A stretch of 64,000 nt of DNA from Neoechinorhynchus agilis (Eukaryota > Animalia > Acanthocephala), in NCBI GenBank assembly GCA_051530055.1, contig CM121343.1, positions 4,744,389 through 4,808,388 on the forward strand, given 5' to 3'. A model generated the notes under the pieces. That model had not been told where the DNA came from, did no database searches, and was given only the letters and a program-made list of their open reading frames with translations. Below, piece by piece: positions 1-11,182 of the stretch (position 1 is its first letter; every line of letters starts with the position of its first letter). A program made the position numbers and the translations under genes.

Positions 1-1548
1 ATCAAAAATGGCGATGACGTCATCAAAAATGGCGATGACGTCATCAAAAATGGCGATGACGTCATCAAAAATGGCGATGACGTCATCAAAAATCGCGATG
101 ACGTCATCAAAAATGGCGATGACGTCATCAAAAATGGCGATGACGTCATCAAAAATTGCGATGACGTCATCAAAAATGGCGATGACGTCATCAAAAATCG
201 CGATGACGTCATCAAAAATGGCGATGACGTCATCAAAAATGGCGATGACGTCATCAAAAATCGCGATGACGTCATCAAAAATCGCGATGACGTCATCAAA
301 AATGGCGATGACGTCATCAAAAATCGCGATGACGTCATCAAAAATCGCGATGACGTCATCAAAAATCGCGATGACGTCATCAAAAATCGCGATGACGTCA
401 TCAAAAATGGCGATGACGTCATCAAAAATGACGATTACGTCATCAAAAATGGCGATGACGTCATCAAAAATCGCGATGACGTCATCAAAAATGGCGATGA
501 CGTCATCAAAAATCGCGATGACGTCATCAAAAATGGCGATGACGTCATCAAAAATCGCGATGACGTCATCAAAAATAGTGATGACGTCATCAAAAATCGC
601 GATGACGTCATCAAAAATGGCGATGACGTCATCAAAAACGGCGATGACGTCATCAAAAATGGCGATGACATCATCAAAAATGGCGATGACCTCATCAAAA
701 ATGGCGATGACGTCATCAAAAATGGCGATAACGTCATCAAAAATGGCGATGACGTCATCAAAAATCGCGATGACGTCATCAAAAATGGCGATAACGTCAT
801 CAAAAATGGCGATGACGTCATCAAAAATGGCGATGACATCATCAAAAATGGCGATGACGTCATCAAAAATGGCGATGACGTCATCAAAAATCTCGATGAC
901 GTCATCAAAAATGGCGATGACGTCATCAAAAATCGCGATGACGTCATCAAAAATGGCGACGACGTCATCAAAAATGGCGATGACGTCATCAAAAATGGCG
1001 ATGACGTCATCAAAAATGGCGATGACGTCATCAAAAATGGCGATGGCGTCATCAAAAATGGCGATGACGTCATCAAAAATCGCGATGACGTAATCAAAAA
1101 TGGCGATGACGTCATCAAAAATGGCGATGACGTCATCAAAAATCGCGACGATGTCATCAAAAATGGCGATGACGTCATCAAAAATGGCGATGACGTCATC
1201 AAAAATGGCGACGACGTCATCAAAAATGGCGATGACGTCATCAAAAATGGCGATGACGTCATCAAAAATTTCGATGACGTCATCAAAAATCGCGATGACG
1301 TCAACACAAATCTCGATGACGTCATCAAAAATCTCGATGACGTCATGAAAAATCTCGATGACGTCATCAAAAATCTCGATGACGTCATGAAAAATCTCGA
1401 CGACGTCATCAAAAATCTCGATGACGTCATCAAAAAATTTCGATGACGTCGTTAAAAATTTCGATGACGTCATCCAAAATCTCGATGACGTGATCAAAAA
1501 TCTTGATGACGTCATCAAAAATTTCGATGACGTCATCGAAAATCTCGA
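1..1548. repeat. 21-bp tandem minisatellite, consensus ATCAAAAATGGCGATGACGTC, about 73 copies visible (array runs off the window start)
   Basis: Direct reading of the periodicity. Variants TGGCG/TCGCG, then TCTCG/TTTCG toward the right edge. Each junction forms the 12-bp palindrome GATGACGTCATC. Confidence 0.98.
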
Positions 1549-1552
1549 TTGG

Positions 1553-4075
1553 ATTCTTCCCCGTATTTTGTGACTTTATAGATTTTTGTTCATAAAAACT
1601 TCTCCAGATTTGGAACGAATTGATCGAAATAGGCTAGACGGACGGCCGAACGGTCAAGTTTAAACAATGTTCAATTAACTCATAAATTGTAACAACAACG
1701 TCGAAATGAAGACCAGATTTTCAATCAGCGGATAGAGAAATTCCAGAGTGACACCACGAGGACCAACGGTGAAGTATCAGCGATATTCAATTTGGCGAAG
1801 TTACTTGAAAAATTTCGATTTTACCCCGTATTTTTTGATGTCATAGGTTTTTGTAACGTTACCAAATTTTTTAAATTTTTCCACGTATTTTTTGGCGTCA
1901 TATGTTTTTGTGACGTCAGCAAATAAATTTTATTCCTCCGCGTATTTCGTCACGTCGAGCATTTTGATCATAAAAACCTAACAGTGATAGCTACGGCGCA
2001 AATAACACCATTTTTGGAATCAGCGTGTGGCAAGGACTTCTTCCCGGTGTCAGGCGTGCAACCTTAGGAGGTTTTGTGTCGGCGAACAGAAGGAAGGACA
2101 ACCCACATTTGACCACTGTAGAGAACAATAATAAATACTTCATCTTGATTACGTGTCGCCACTAAAAGCGGATCGAGATAGCCTAGAACGATACCACTTC
2201 AAGGTCCAACGGCGAAGTTTATGCGATGTTCAATTTAGGGACGTTACTAAAAAAAATTAGATTCTTCCGGTATTTTGTGAAGTAAAAGGTTCCTCGAAGT
2301 GGTGTCACTCTGTTCGATCTCGATCCGTTGATTCCAAATATGGCCTTCATGCCGATGCGGCTATTTCGTTCATGAGTCAATTAATCATCGCTTTGACTGT
2401 ACCCTTTGGCCGCCCCTCTAGTCTATGTGGATCCGCCTTTTCCAAATATGGTGTTCCTTATGCCGTATTATCATGGTTGGGTTTTTATGAACAAAAATAT
2501 GTGACGTCAAAAAATACGCGAAAGAATCCAAATTTTTTTGTGACGTAACTAAAACTTATGAGGTACCATAATACGCGGAAGAATCCAGGTATTTTTTTGA
2601 CGTCACTAAATTTAACATCGCTGAAACTTCACCGTTGGACCTCGAAGTGGTGTCATTCTAGTCTTTCTCGATTCGCTGATTCCAAATATGGTCTTCATGT
2701 CGACTTGCCTATTACCGTTCGTTAATTAATTGAACATTGCTTTATCTTGGCCGTTCGGCCGTTCGTCTAGTCTATTTCGATCCGCTGATTTGCAATATGA
2801 TGTTCTTTGTCCCCTAGCTGTCACCGTCACGTTGTATGAACAAAAACAAGTGACGTCACAAAATACGCCAATGAATAAAAAATTGTGACGTCACAAAAAC
2901 TTATTGCCTCACAAATTACGCGGAAGAATTCAAATTTTTTTTAGTTACGTCACTAAATTGAACACCGTAGAAACTTCACCTTTGGACCTCGAAGTGGTGT
3001 ATTTCTAGCCTATCTCGATCCGCTGGTTCCAAGTGAAGTATCCATGTCGACGCAGCTATTGGTGCTCATGAGTTAATTGAACATGGCTTAAACCTGACCG
3101 TTCGGCAATCCGTCGAGTCTATTTCGATCCATTGATTCAAAATATGATGTTCTTTTCACCGTTGCTATCATCGTTACGTTTTTATGAAACAAAAACTTAT
3201 GACGTCAAAAAATACGCGGAAGAATATAAATTTATTTTGGTGACGTCACTAAATTTAACATCGCTCAAACTTCACCGTTGGACCTCGAAGTTGTGAAATT
3301 CTAGCCTTCCTCGGTCCGCTGATTCCAAATATTTTTTTCATGTCGACGTTGCTATTGCCGTTCATGAGTTTATTGAACATGACTAGAACTTTTTTGTTCG
3401 GCCTTCCGCGTAGCCTATTTCGATCCGCTGATTCCAAATATAGTCTTTTTTGCACCGTTGCTATCACCGTTACGTTTTTTGAACAAAAACATATGACGTT
3501 ACAAAATACGCGGAAGAATCAAAAAAATTTGTGACGTCACATAATTGAATATTGCTGAAACTTCACCGTTGGACTACGAACTAGTGTCGGCCTGGTCCAT
3601 TTCGATCCGCTGATTCCAAATATGTTGTTCTTTGCGCCGTAGCTGTCACCGTTACGTTTTTATGAAGAATGATTTATGACGTCACAAAATACGCGGAAAA
3701 TTCCAAAAAATTAGTGACGTCACTAATTTGAATATCGCTTAAACTTAGCCATTGAACCTCGATGTTGTGTCATTCTAGTCTATCTCGACCCGCTGATTCC
3801 AAATATTGTCTTCATGTCGACGTAGCTATCACCGTTTATTAGTTAATTGAACATAGCTTAAGCTTGACCGCTCGGCCGTCCATCTAGTCTATTTCGATCC
3901 GCTGATTCCAAATATGGTGTTCTTTGCGGCTTAGGCTTGACCGCTCGGCCGTTAGTCTAGTCTATTTCGATCCGCTGATTCCGAATATGGTGCTTTTTGC
4001 GCCGTAGCTACCACCGTTATGTTTTTACGAACAAAAACTTATGCCGTCACAAAATACGCGGAAGAATCAAAAAAA
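1553..4075. repeat. Degenerate complex tandem repeat (~180-350-bp units) with an orientation switch near 2285
   Basis: Recurrent blocks GTGACGTCACAAAATACGCGGAAGAATC, CCTCGAAGTGGTGTC (about 2292, 2640, 2987) and TTTCGATCCGCTGATTCCAAATATG. 1553-2280 carries the same blocks as reverse complement. Confidence 0.9.
2026..2166. mobile_element. ~141-bp small insertion inside the complex repeat; second copy at about 28277-28408
   Basis: Interrupts the repeat motif TCAGCGGATCG and is flanked by AGCG at 2022-2025 and 2167-2170. The internal sequence (GTGCAACC..AGGA..TTGTGTCGGCGAACAGAA..CATTTGACCA.TGTAGAGAACA) recurs at 28.3 kb. Confidence 0.7.
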
Positions 4076-5054
4076 TTAAAATTCAGACCTGCGTGATTTA
4101 AGCATTTCTACGCAGTCCCAAAAGTTCGGGGGAAGCAGTGCGGTTATCTCGGCTTCTTCTTTGTGTACCGTTTCATCCTTTGGGGTGGAATTGATCGCAA
4201 CGTCGGAAGCATATTCTTTCAAATTGGAACTATTTTTTGTTCTGCCTGTTAGAAAATCGCTAGTCGGCAAGTCTTACGACTTTTTTATCATTCCAAAACC
4301 TTTTAGTTTATGGATTGTCCTCTGTGCATTTTCCTTAGCGTTTACTTGATCGACATCCAGGTTTAAGAATTAGAACGCTTTATTTCCCTATTCTTGATTG
4401 CTTCACTCAGTAAGATGGAGTTGGAGTATTATAGGATTCGTCGAAATAATAAAAATGTTCTCAATTATTCGTGAGAGACGGCTTTTTATTCTACATAAAC
4501 GTAAGGCACAGGAATCGGGACATATATAGGGCTGATCTACAAAGTTAGATTTGTCTATATCGAAGATAGAGATCTGTATCGAGGGAAAAACGGTCCTACG
4601 AGGTGTAGCAAACCAACGTTCTGCCTGTAAATTGAAGACACTGGATTCATCTATAGCTAAACGGCTTAATATGAAAGGACTATTATATAATGATCGCTCA
4701 CTGTCGCCGATTACGCTCTCGCCACGTTACCGTCGATCTAAAAGTCGACTTATCGATGCTCTCTTTTCAGCACAATATTTCCAATATTGTGTCGGTATTT
4801 TATGGAAGTAAATCCCGTGCCATGGCTTTCTGTGCGAACTTAGGATTTGTTCAAAATCTGCTGGTTCTTACGTTTAAACGTAGGTGCCAAGCACTTACGT
4901 TTTGATCCATTTCGAGTAATATAAATGTGTCGCTACAATTCATTGAACACTCGAAAATAAAATTAAAAATATCTTTCACTGTGCAAAAAGTTTTGATCCA
5001 CTGAGAGATTGGAGTTGATGCATTGTAGAGCAACTGATTTTTTTTAACTTTAAG

Positions 5055-6221
5055 ATGAATCATTTTAATACTCTCGGCGGTGCTGCTGCAGCTAATGCTT
5101 CGATGACACCTGTTCATTTTCAATCGATTGGTGGATCGACAGGCGTAAATAATGCGAATCATCAACGCCCTAAAAGAAAGGAAGTGCACAAATTTGAAGC
5201 TAAATTTAGTATTTATGCAATCAACTGGTCATTACGAATGGATAAACCCTTTCGCTTCGCGATTGGATCATGTCTTGATGAATACCAAAACAAACTTCAG
5301 GTTGTGAGTCTTCGAGAAGATACTGAAGACTTTGTGGTACATGCTACCACAGACCATCCTTATCCTGCAACCAAAGTTATGTTTATTCCAGACACGAGAG
5401 TTTTATACCCGGATTTAGTAGCTACAAGCGGTGACTTTCTTAGGATATTTCGATTAGATGACTCATCGATCCGTCCGGAAGCTGTCCTCAGTAACAATAG
5501 GAACAACGATTATTGTGCACCACTGACTTCGTTTGATTGGAACGAGCTCGATCCTTACATTATCGGCACTTCAAGCATTGATACTACCTGCACTATATGG
5601 AATATTGAGACCGGGCAATCGATTGGGAATGTCGGAACAGCAGTTTCCACATCGTCACGCAATGCAGCAACACAAGTTGCGGGTAATGTTCATACGCAAC
5701 TGATTGCTCACGAGAAAGAGGTGTTGGATATCGCATTTAGCAAAGGCAGCAGTGGTAGGGATTTATTCGTGACTGCTGGCGCTGATGGAACCATTCGATT
5801 TTTCGATCTTCGACATCTTGAACATTCCACCATAATATTTGAGTATCGCTCCGCGCTTGCCCGTGTCCAATGGAACAGAGTAGATTCTAATTTCTTGGCT
5901 ACATTCGCCGTTGACTCTGACGAAGTCATAATTCTCGACGTCAGAATGCCATTCACCCCTCTGTCGAAACTGAACAGTCATCGCGGACTTTTGAACGCTA
6001 TCAGTTGGGCTCCTCACTCATATTTCCATATCTGCACTGCCGGAGATGATTGCCAAGCACTCATATGGGACTTACAACCTGCTGCAAATAAATCAATTCC
6101 TGAGGATCCTATTCTTGCCTACACTGCACAAGGAGAGATCAATAACGTTCAATGGTCGTCAACACAACCGGATTGGATTGCAATTTGTTATCATAACATA
6201 TTTGAAATGCTCCGAGTTTAA
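5055..6221 (+). CDS. DCAF7: DDB1- and CUL4-associated factor 7 (WDR68/HAN11) WD40 protein, intronless
   Basis: 388-aa ORF with family motifs DHPYPATKVMFIPD, YCAPLTSFDWNE, SSIDTTCTIW, QLIAHEKEV, ADGTIRFFDLRHLEHSTII and C-terminal EINNVQWSSTQPDWIAI...EMLRV. Confidence 0.96.
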   Translation: MNHFNTLGGAAAANASMTPVHFQSIGGSTGVNNANHQRPKRKEVHKFEAKFSIYAINWSLRMDKPFRFAIGSCLDEYQNKLQVVSLREDTEDFVVHATTDHPYPATKVMFIPDTRVLYPDLVATSGDFLRIFRLDDSSIRPEAVLSNNRNNDYCAPLTSFDWNELDPYIIGTSSIDTTCTIWNIETGQSIGNVGTAVSTSSRNAATQVAGNVHTQLIAHEKEVLDIAFSKGSSGRDLFVTAGADGTIRFFDLRHLEHSTIIFEYRSALARVQWNRVDSNFLATFAVDSDEVIILDVRMPFTPLSKLNSHRGLLNAISWAPHSYFHICTAGDDCQALIWDLQPAANKSIPEDPILAYTAQGEINNVQWSSTQPDWIAICYHNIFEMLRV

Positions 6222-6379
6222 TGATAAGTTTAGATAAGCGCAATAGCAATCAGTTATTATTATACCCAGTATTATGCATCCATGACGCTTGTTTAATTCG
6301 TACAATACATACAAATGATTAACATCACATCTCAGATTCACAATGGCTTTCCCAAAATTTTACCAATCTCTTAAACTTT

Positions 6380-6770
6380 TTTCAATCGTTTCCACATTTT
6401 ATTCTACAAAATTTTATAAACACAAAACACTTAATTCGCTCACACCACGGCCGCCATACGGATGCTCGCGGGGTTTTCCCCTGCACGGCGAGACTATTGT
6501 TTTGGCGCAAAAACATTGGTTCGCGATTATCCCTTGTTATTCTTAACAATCGCAGACCTATTTCCTGGTTCAGCACCAAGGCCGCCCCCCCCAGCGACAC
6601 ATAGGTTTCGACGCCGAACGGAGCGAAGATAAAATTTGCAGAGCGAAGTTGCTGTATTTGGCAACTTTCCTTCGCTCCGCAGCAGTGGCGACTTCGGTGG
6701 CGCCTTTTTTCGAAACTTCGAAATTATTCCTGGCTAAAGTGTCGGTACATGTCGCGTCCCACATAAGACA
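6380..6770 (-). mobile_element. 3' fragment of a CRE-like (RLE endonuclease) non-LTR retrotransposon, frameshifted
   Basis: WDATCTDTLA...AAERRKVAKY, then after a frameshift FAPFGVETYVSLGGAA...EIGLRL...FLRQ..SLAVQ. This is the typical C-terminus of CRE-like elements. Confidence 0.8.
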
Positions 6771-7601
6771 GTGGCCCCAGCTCCCTCTTAAACTGAACTT
6801 TATTATCTTGTAACACTAGAGAAAAATATCCAGATCGTGCCAAAAATGTCGATTTTAAATAGCAGTATGATTTAGTTTACTGTAAACGAAATTTGCGAAA
6901 AACTAAAAGTGCCACTGGATCTTTTTGTATACTATAATGATCTCAAAAGTCCTTGCTCACCACTTATGCGTCTCAAAAATACAATCGGACAGCGATCCAA
7001 TCAGAAAACGTAAATCAAATTCGACGTTTCCCAATCACTCTGTTTTGAATATATAATTGTGTTCTTTGGTGATTATACAAATAGACTGTTTTAATGATTT
7101 TAATATTTCGTCCGTCTCATCGGACTTTAGGTATAAAAGTAGGTCAGAGTGGCTTTATCCTTAGTTTTAGTCTATAATACGCTTTATTTGACCGGAATGT
7201 GTCTCGATAGTAATAATAATGAGGAATTTATTCAGCATAGCGAAGTATACAGTTAATGCGATAGACAATGAAGTAAGTTAGAAATGTGAGTTTGATGTCC
7301 AACGATTGCACCGTTGCAGGCAAAGATCCTTCAGGAACCCGGCCCAGGATTTTGGTAGCGAATCAATGTGCCCGAAGAACTCCTCAATAAAGAGTGACTT
7401 GTGTTCGGGAGGGCGACCTCTTGAAAAAATACTAGGCTGGAAATGGCCCAAGTTTTCCAAATAGTACGTGATTAAACTTAAGTCCCAATTTGCAGGCGCG
7501 AGTGGCTTTTGATTAAGCTACTTTCAGAAGTTTCTTCATTTGAGAAATGTCAGTCCTGGGGATAAGTTAACTGCAAACGTGTGACCGAGAATACGCAGTT
7601 T

Positions 7602-7798
7602 TTGTAAAGAAATTAATCATTATTGTTTTAATTTCACCTAGCGATATTCACTCAGAAAAATGATTTATATTGAAAATTTTCGGCCAAAAAAAAACAAAAC
7701 TTACAAGCATTCTAGATCTGACTGAAGAAGGCCAACGAAAAGGCCGAAAATTTTCAATATAAATCAATTTTCTGAGTGAATATCGCTAGGTGAAATTA
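7602..7798. mobile_element. ~200-bp PLE terminal-repeat-like insertion with a 59-bp inverted repeat and a 12-bp target duplication
   Basis: AATACGCAGTTT at 7590-7601 and 7799-7810. Removing the insert restores the LINE A reading KLRILGHTF. Inverted arms at 7627-7685 and 7742-7800 (one mismatch). Confidence 0.85.
7719..7758 (+). ncRNA. Minimal type I hammerhead ribozyme (PLE type)
   Basis: TGA-CTGAAGA-A-GGCC(AACGAAAA)GGCC-GAA-AATT-T-TCA: stem I TGA/TCA, stem II 4 bp, palindromic stem III AATT. Confidence 0.75.
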
Positions 7799-10700
7799 AA
7801 TACGCAGTTTACTGGGAATAAAAGACTCGACAGGTAAGGACAAAGAATTATTGGAAAGGAGTGAGGAAAAGAATAGTTTTAGATCTCTGCGTAAACGACT
7901 TGAGCGGGTTTTAAAGATCAACTTTGTTTTGATAAATTGAGAGAAAGGTTCATGCGAGGTAGCATAGTGTTAAGATAGTCTATTGAATGTTCAATTAAAA
8001 GTTTTAAGCTGGCGACCCTATACGATTTCATCACAAAGGTGATATCATCAGCATAACAGATCAAAGCAGCATTATAAGGAAAATTTTGTACAATATATTG
8101 AGAAGCCAGGAGGAATAAAGAAGGAGAGAGCGGCGATCCCTGTGGGACACCATTAAGAGGGTAATATAAGGTTTTGCCAGCATCATCGTCATAATAAAAA
8201 GCCTTTGAAAAAAGTGTATTATGAATACTGGCAATGAGATTATGAGGAACACTGAAAAATTCTAACATCTCGACAATGAAGCTCAAGGAGATTTTGTCAA
8301 AGGCCTAAGGTAGGTCCACTGCTAGAATAGCGCGAAGAGGGTAAGCATCGTCGCCGAAGTTCGAGTAAATGTCAGCCAGCACTGAGTGAGTAGATTTACC
8401 TTTAGAAAAACCATGGCAATTACGGGAAATGCAGTTGTGTTCCCTGATAAAAAGATTTAGTTTATGCGCTAGAGCCCGCTCATAGATGGTGACCAAATGA
8501 TTTTGCAGGGAGATCGACCGAAGGTCGTTGGGAGCCTTAACTAACTTTCTCCCATTTTTAACCAAGAATATGCGCCTCGAAATGTTGATATCTCTCCAGG
8601 CACAAGGGGAGCACTTTAACATCAGACTCGATATAAGGAGGACGCAATCCCGAGAAAGCAATGAGAGGCATTTGGTCCCTGAGGTGCTGTTGGATGAGGA
8701 CAATTTCGGATTTAGGGACCAAACTTTGGCAATATCAGATTGATTTAAGTCAGATCGATTACGAATTAGTGTCCTAAAAATGACTGGCGGTGTGATGCCT
8801 TTAGAGCAAGAGGAGGCATGAAAATCAAAGACAGACGAGAGTATATGATCCATAGAGGATGTTTTTAACCAGGAGGTGAGCTTCGATCTCCAACTGATAA
8901 ACTTGTTCCTAGAAACCGTATTCCACCACATAGAGGAGAATGGTTGTAAAAACTTTAGGATAGCGCGGTCGGATGCCAATTGTTGTCGACATCGGGCAGC
9001 CCAATAATGTCTAGAGAGCACTTTGACAAGAAGAGCATCTCCACGAATTTTGGCTTGATATAACTGACGCCCAATAAATCGAAAAGATCCGCTTTCATAA
9101 GGCCTAGAAAAAACCCTTTGTGGCTGGTAGAGAAACAGATTAGCTGTGGTATTGATAATACTGTTAATGTGAGGGAGGGCATAATTTAGATTGTTGTCTA
9201 AAACAGAGCGATGAGAGAGAAGTGAGTAATTAACCGATCTGAACAGAGCGATGTTCAGAGGAGACAAGTGAAGGACTCTCCTAAGTGTATTGTTGGAGCC
9301 GATGGACCATATTAAGACATCATGGCCCGTTAGGTGGAAGAAAGACAGTTGTCGCTCTACTTGAACTAGCAGGTTCAAGCATTTTCTGTGAATGATAAGG
9401 TCTAAGAAGGAATGGGCATTTTTCGCTACAATATGAAACGATGGAGTAAGAGAAGCGCAGAGTTCGTATCGAGATTTAACAGACTTAACTATGGCTTTGG
9501 ACCATTTCATTGAGAGATCGTAAAAATCTCCAGCAATGAAGTCGATATTGGAGCGGAGAAGGCATTTAACGATATTCTTAACAGGCAGCTCCCGATATGA
9601 GACTATTAATTTTTGGAAGATTGGTCGCCCCCCCCCACACTTCCACTGCATCAGGCACAAGTTCACCATTACCTGGGCTTTTTGGATTTTCTGCGGATCG
9701 GGCCTGCTCCGGGAATAAGGTTCGCAACTCCGTTTTTGATTAATTCAGATTGCTCCTTGATGATTTGACTTACGAATTCCGAATCCTTTTCAACGAAGCC
9801 ATCAACGAGGTTGTCTTCGTCGTCTTGAATAGATATAGGTCTTTTGAGAACGGAGGAGCTTGGATGCTTGACAAACGAGGAGAGTGTTATAGGAAGTTCC
9901 GATAAACGTGTTAGCATTACACTGACTTTCCTTTCGAAGGTGACCAAAGCCTCGGTAATACGAGCTTGCATAATTGTGAGCATGTTGTTACAAGCCTCTT
10001 CGAGACGATGTTCCAGCAGCTCAATGGTGACCAATTGATTGTTAGAAAAGACAGGAGTCGAGTTCGCATTCGTGAAGGTTGGGTTATTGACTAAAGATGT
10101 GACCTGAGCAGACGAAGCTGAAGCCGAGCTTGAGGAGCCTGGGTAGAATGACTTGCGGGCCGGAGAATTAGAGGGATTATTACCCCTATTTTTGAACCAC
10201 GCCCAGTATCTCTTGAACTCTGGGCAACCTTTGAAGAAAGCAGCGTGCGGTCCCTGACAATTGGCGCAATGCCTCTTAAGTGGGTCGGGACAGCAATCTG
10301 AGGTGTGTTCGACGCAAGAGCAGTGACAACATTTAGCATTCGTCTGATTTTTGCAATTTTGGCACCAGTGTCCCCATGGCTGGCAGATATTGCAGCGGGG
10401 AAAAACAATCACCTTGTTCACTGAATGATTTCAGTGTGAAGTGGACCGAGAAGCAGTTGAAGGCCCGAGGTCTGCTGGTGCAGAGGTCGTCACGCTGATG
10501 TCTCATACCCTCAACCGCTGCAATAGATATTGGAAGTCTAGATTTTCTTGATTTGATGAAGTATTTAATTGTGCAACCGAAGGATGATTCGAAAAGGTCC
10601 CTATCCTCCTTGCACATGTCCGGTTGGAGTCCATGAACAAGAAATTGGACCTTTTGCGAGGTTGCAGAGACCGTGTAGAGATTATTAGGAAGGTTGGAGT

Positions 10701-11182
10701 TGGCGAATTCTACAAGATTGGACATCCATTCATATTTGCTGACATAAATCCGCATGGTGCCGGCGAAATAAAGTAGTTTATCCACTCGCTTTACGCCATC
10801 GTTATTGAATGTGTGAGCCCAAGGAGTTATGAGAGAATCGTACATAACTTGTTTTGGAAGAATGGGGTTTGACTTGACGGTGACCACAAAAGGCCATCTT
10901 TTGGAAGGAAGGGCTTGATAATGTTCTGAGAAGACACTTGAAGATGCTTTTGTTTGAAAATGGGAGATCATTTGATCTCGCTGCTCGGTCGGTACCGACC
11001 CCCGCAGTTATCGGGAGAGTCAGAGATCACTGTTTCATCAACGCCCGTTGACGGAAGATCAATGGAATTGCCGATGATTTGTCTCCGAATGTCCGGAGGC
11101 ACAGTGATCTTCAAGGAATTGGGTGGTCGTTTGCCATCAACGTCGAAAACCGCATTGTCTCGATAGTCATCATCATACCATT

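Larger units (their letters stand above)
7278..11170 (-). mobile_element. Non-LTR retrotransposon A (ORF1 with three Gag zinc knuckles; ORF2 APE+RT), degenerate
   Basis: ORF1 about 10971-9669 with CNICQPWGHWCQNC, CCHCSCVEHTSDCC and CANCQGPH. ORF2 9669-7278 with QWKCGG, GDF, HGFSKGKST, GVPQGSPLSP and YADD. Frameshifts, an internal APE deletion and an insertion at 7602-7798. Confidence 0.9.

Noticed and set aside
8-1433. 361-aa (MAMTSSK)n and 332-aa (MTSSPFL)n ORFs
   Set aside because: Automatic consequence of a stop-free 21-bp repeat on both strands; no unique coding context.
1-1548. Telomeric repeat
   Set aside because: Not G-rich or strand-asymmetric like known telomere repeats; the window edge is not evidence of a chromosome end.
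4076-4950. Possible small spliced gene on the minus strand
   Set aside because: Plausible GT-AG sites, but no consistent frame or recognisable product could be assembled by eye.
7095-7125. Minus-strand CCGATGAGACGGACGAAATATT, also similar at about 21905-21930
   Set aside because: Hammerhead-like core, but stem II is 1 bp and stem I does not pair; at most a relic.
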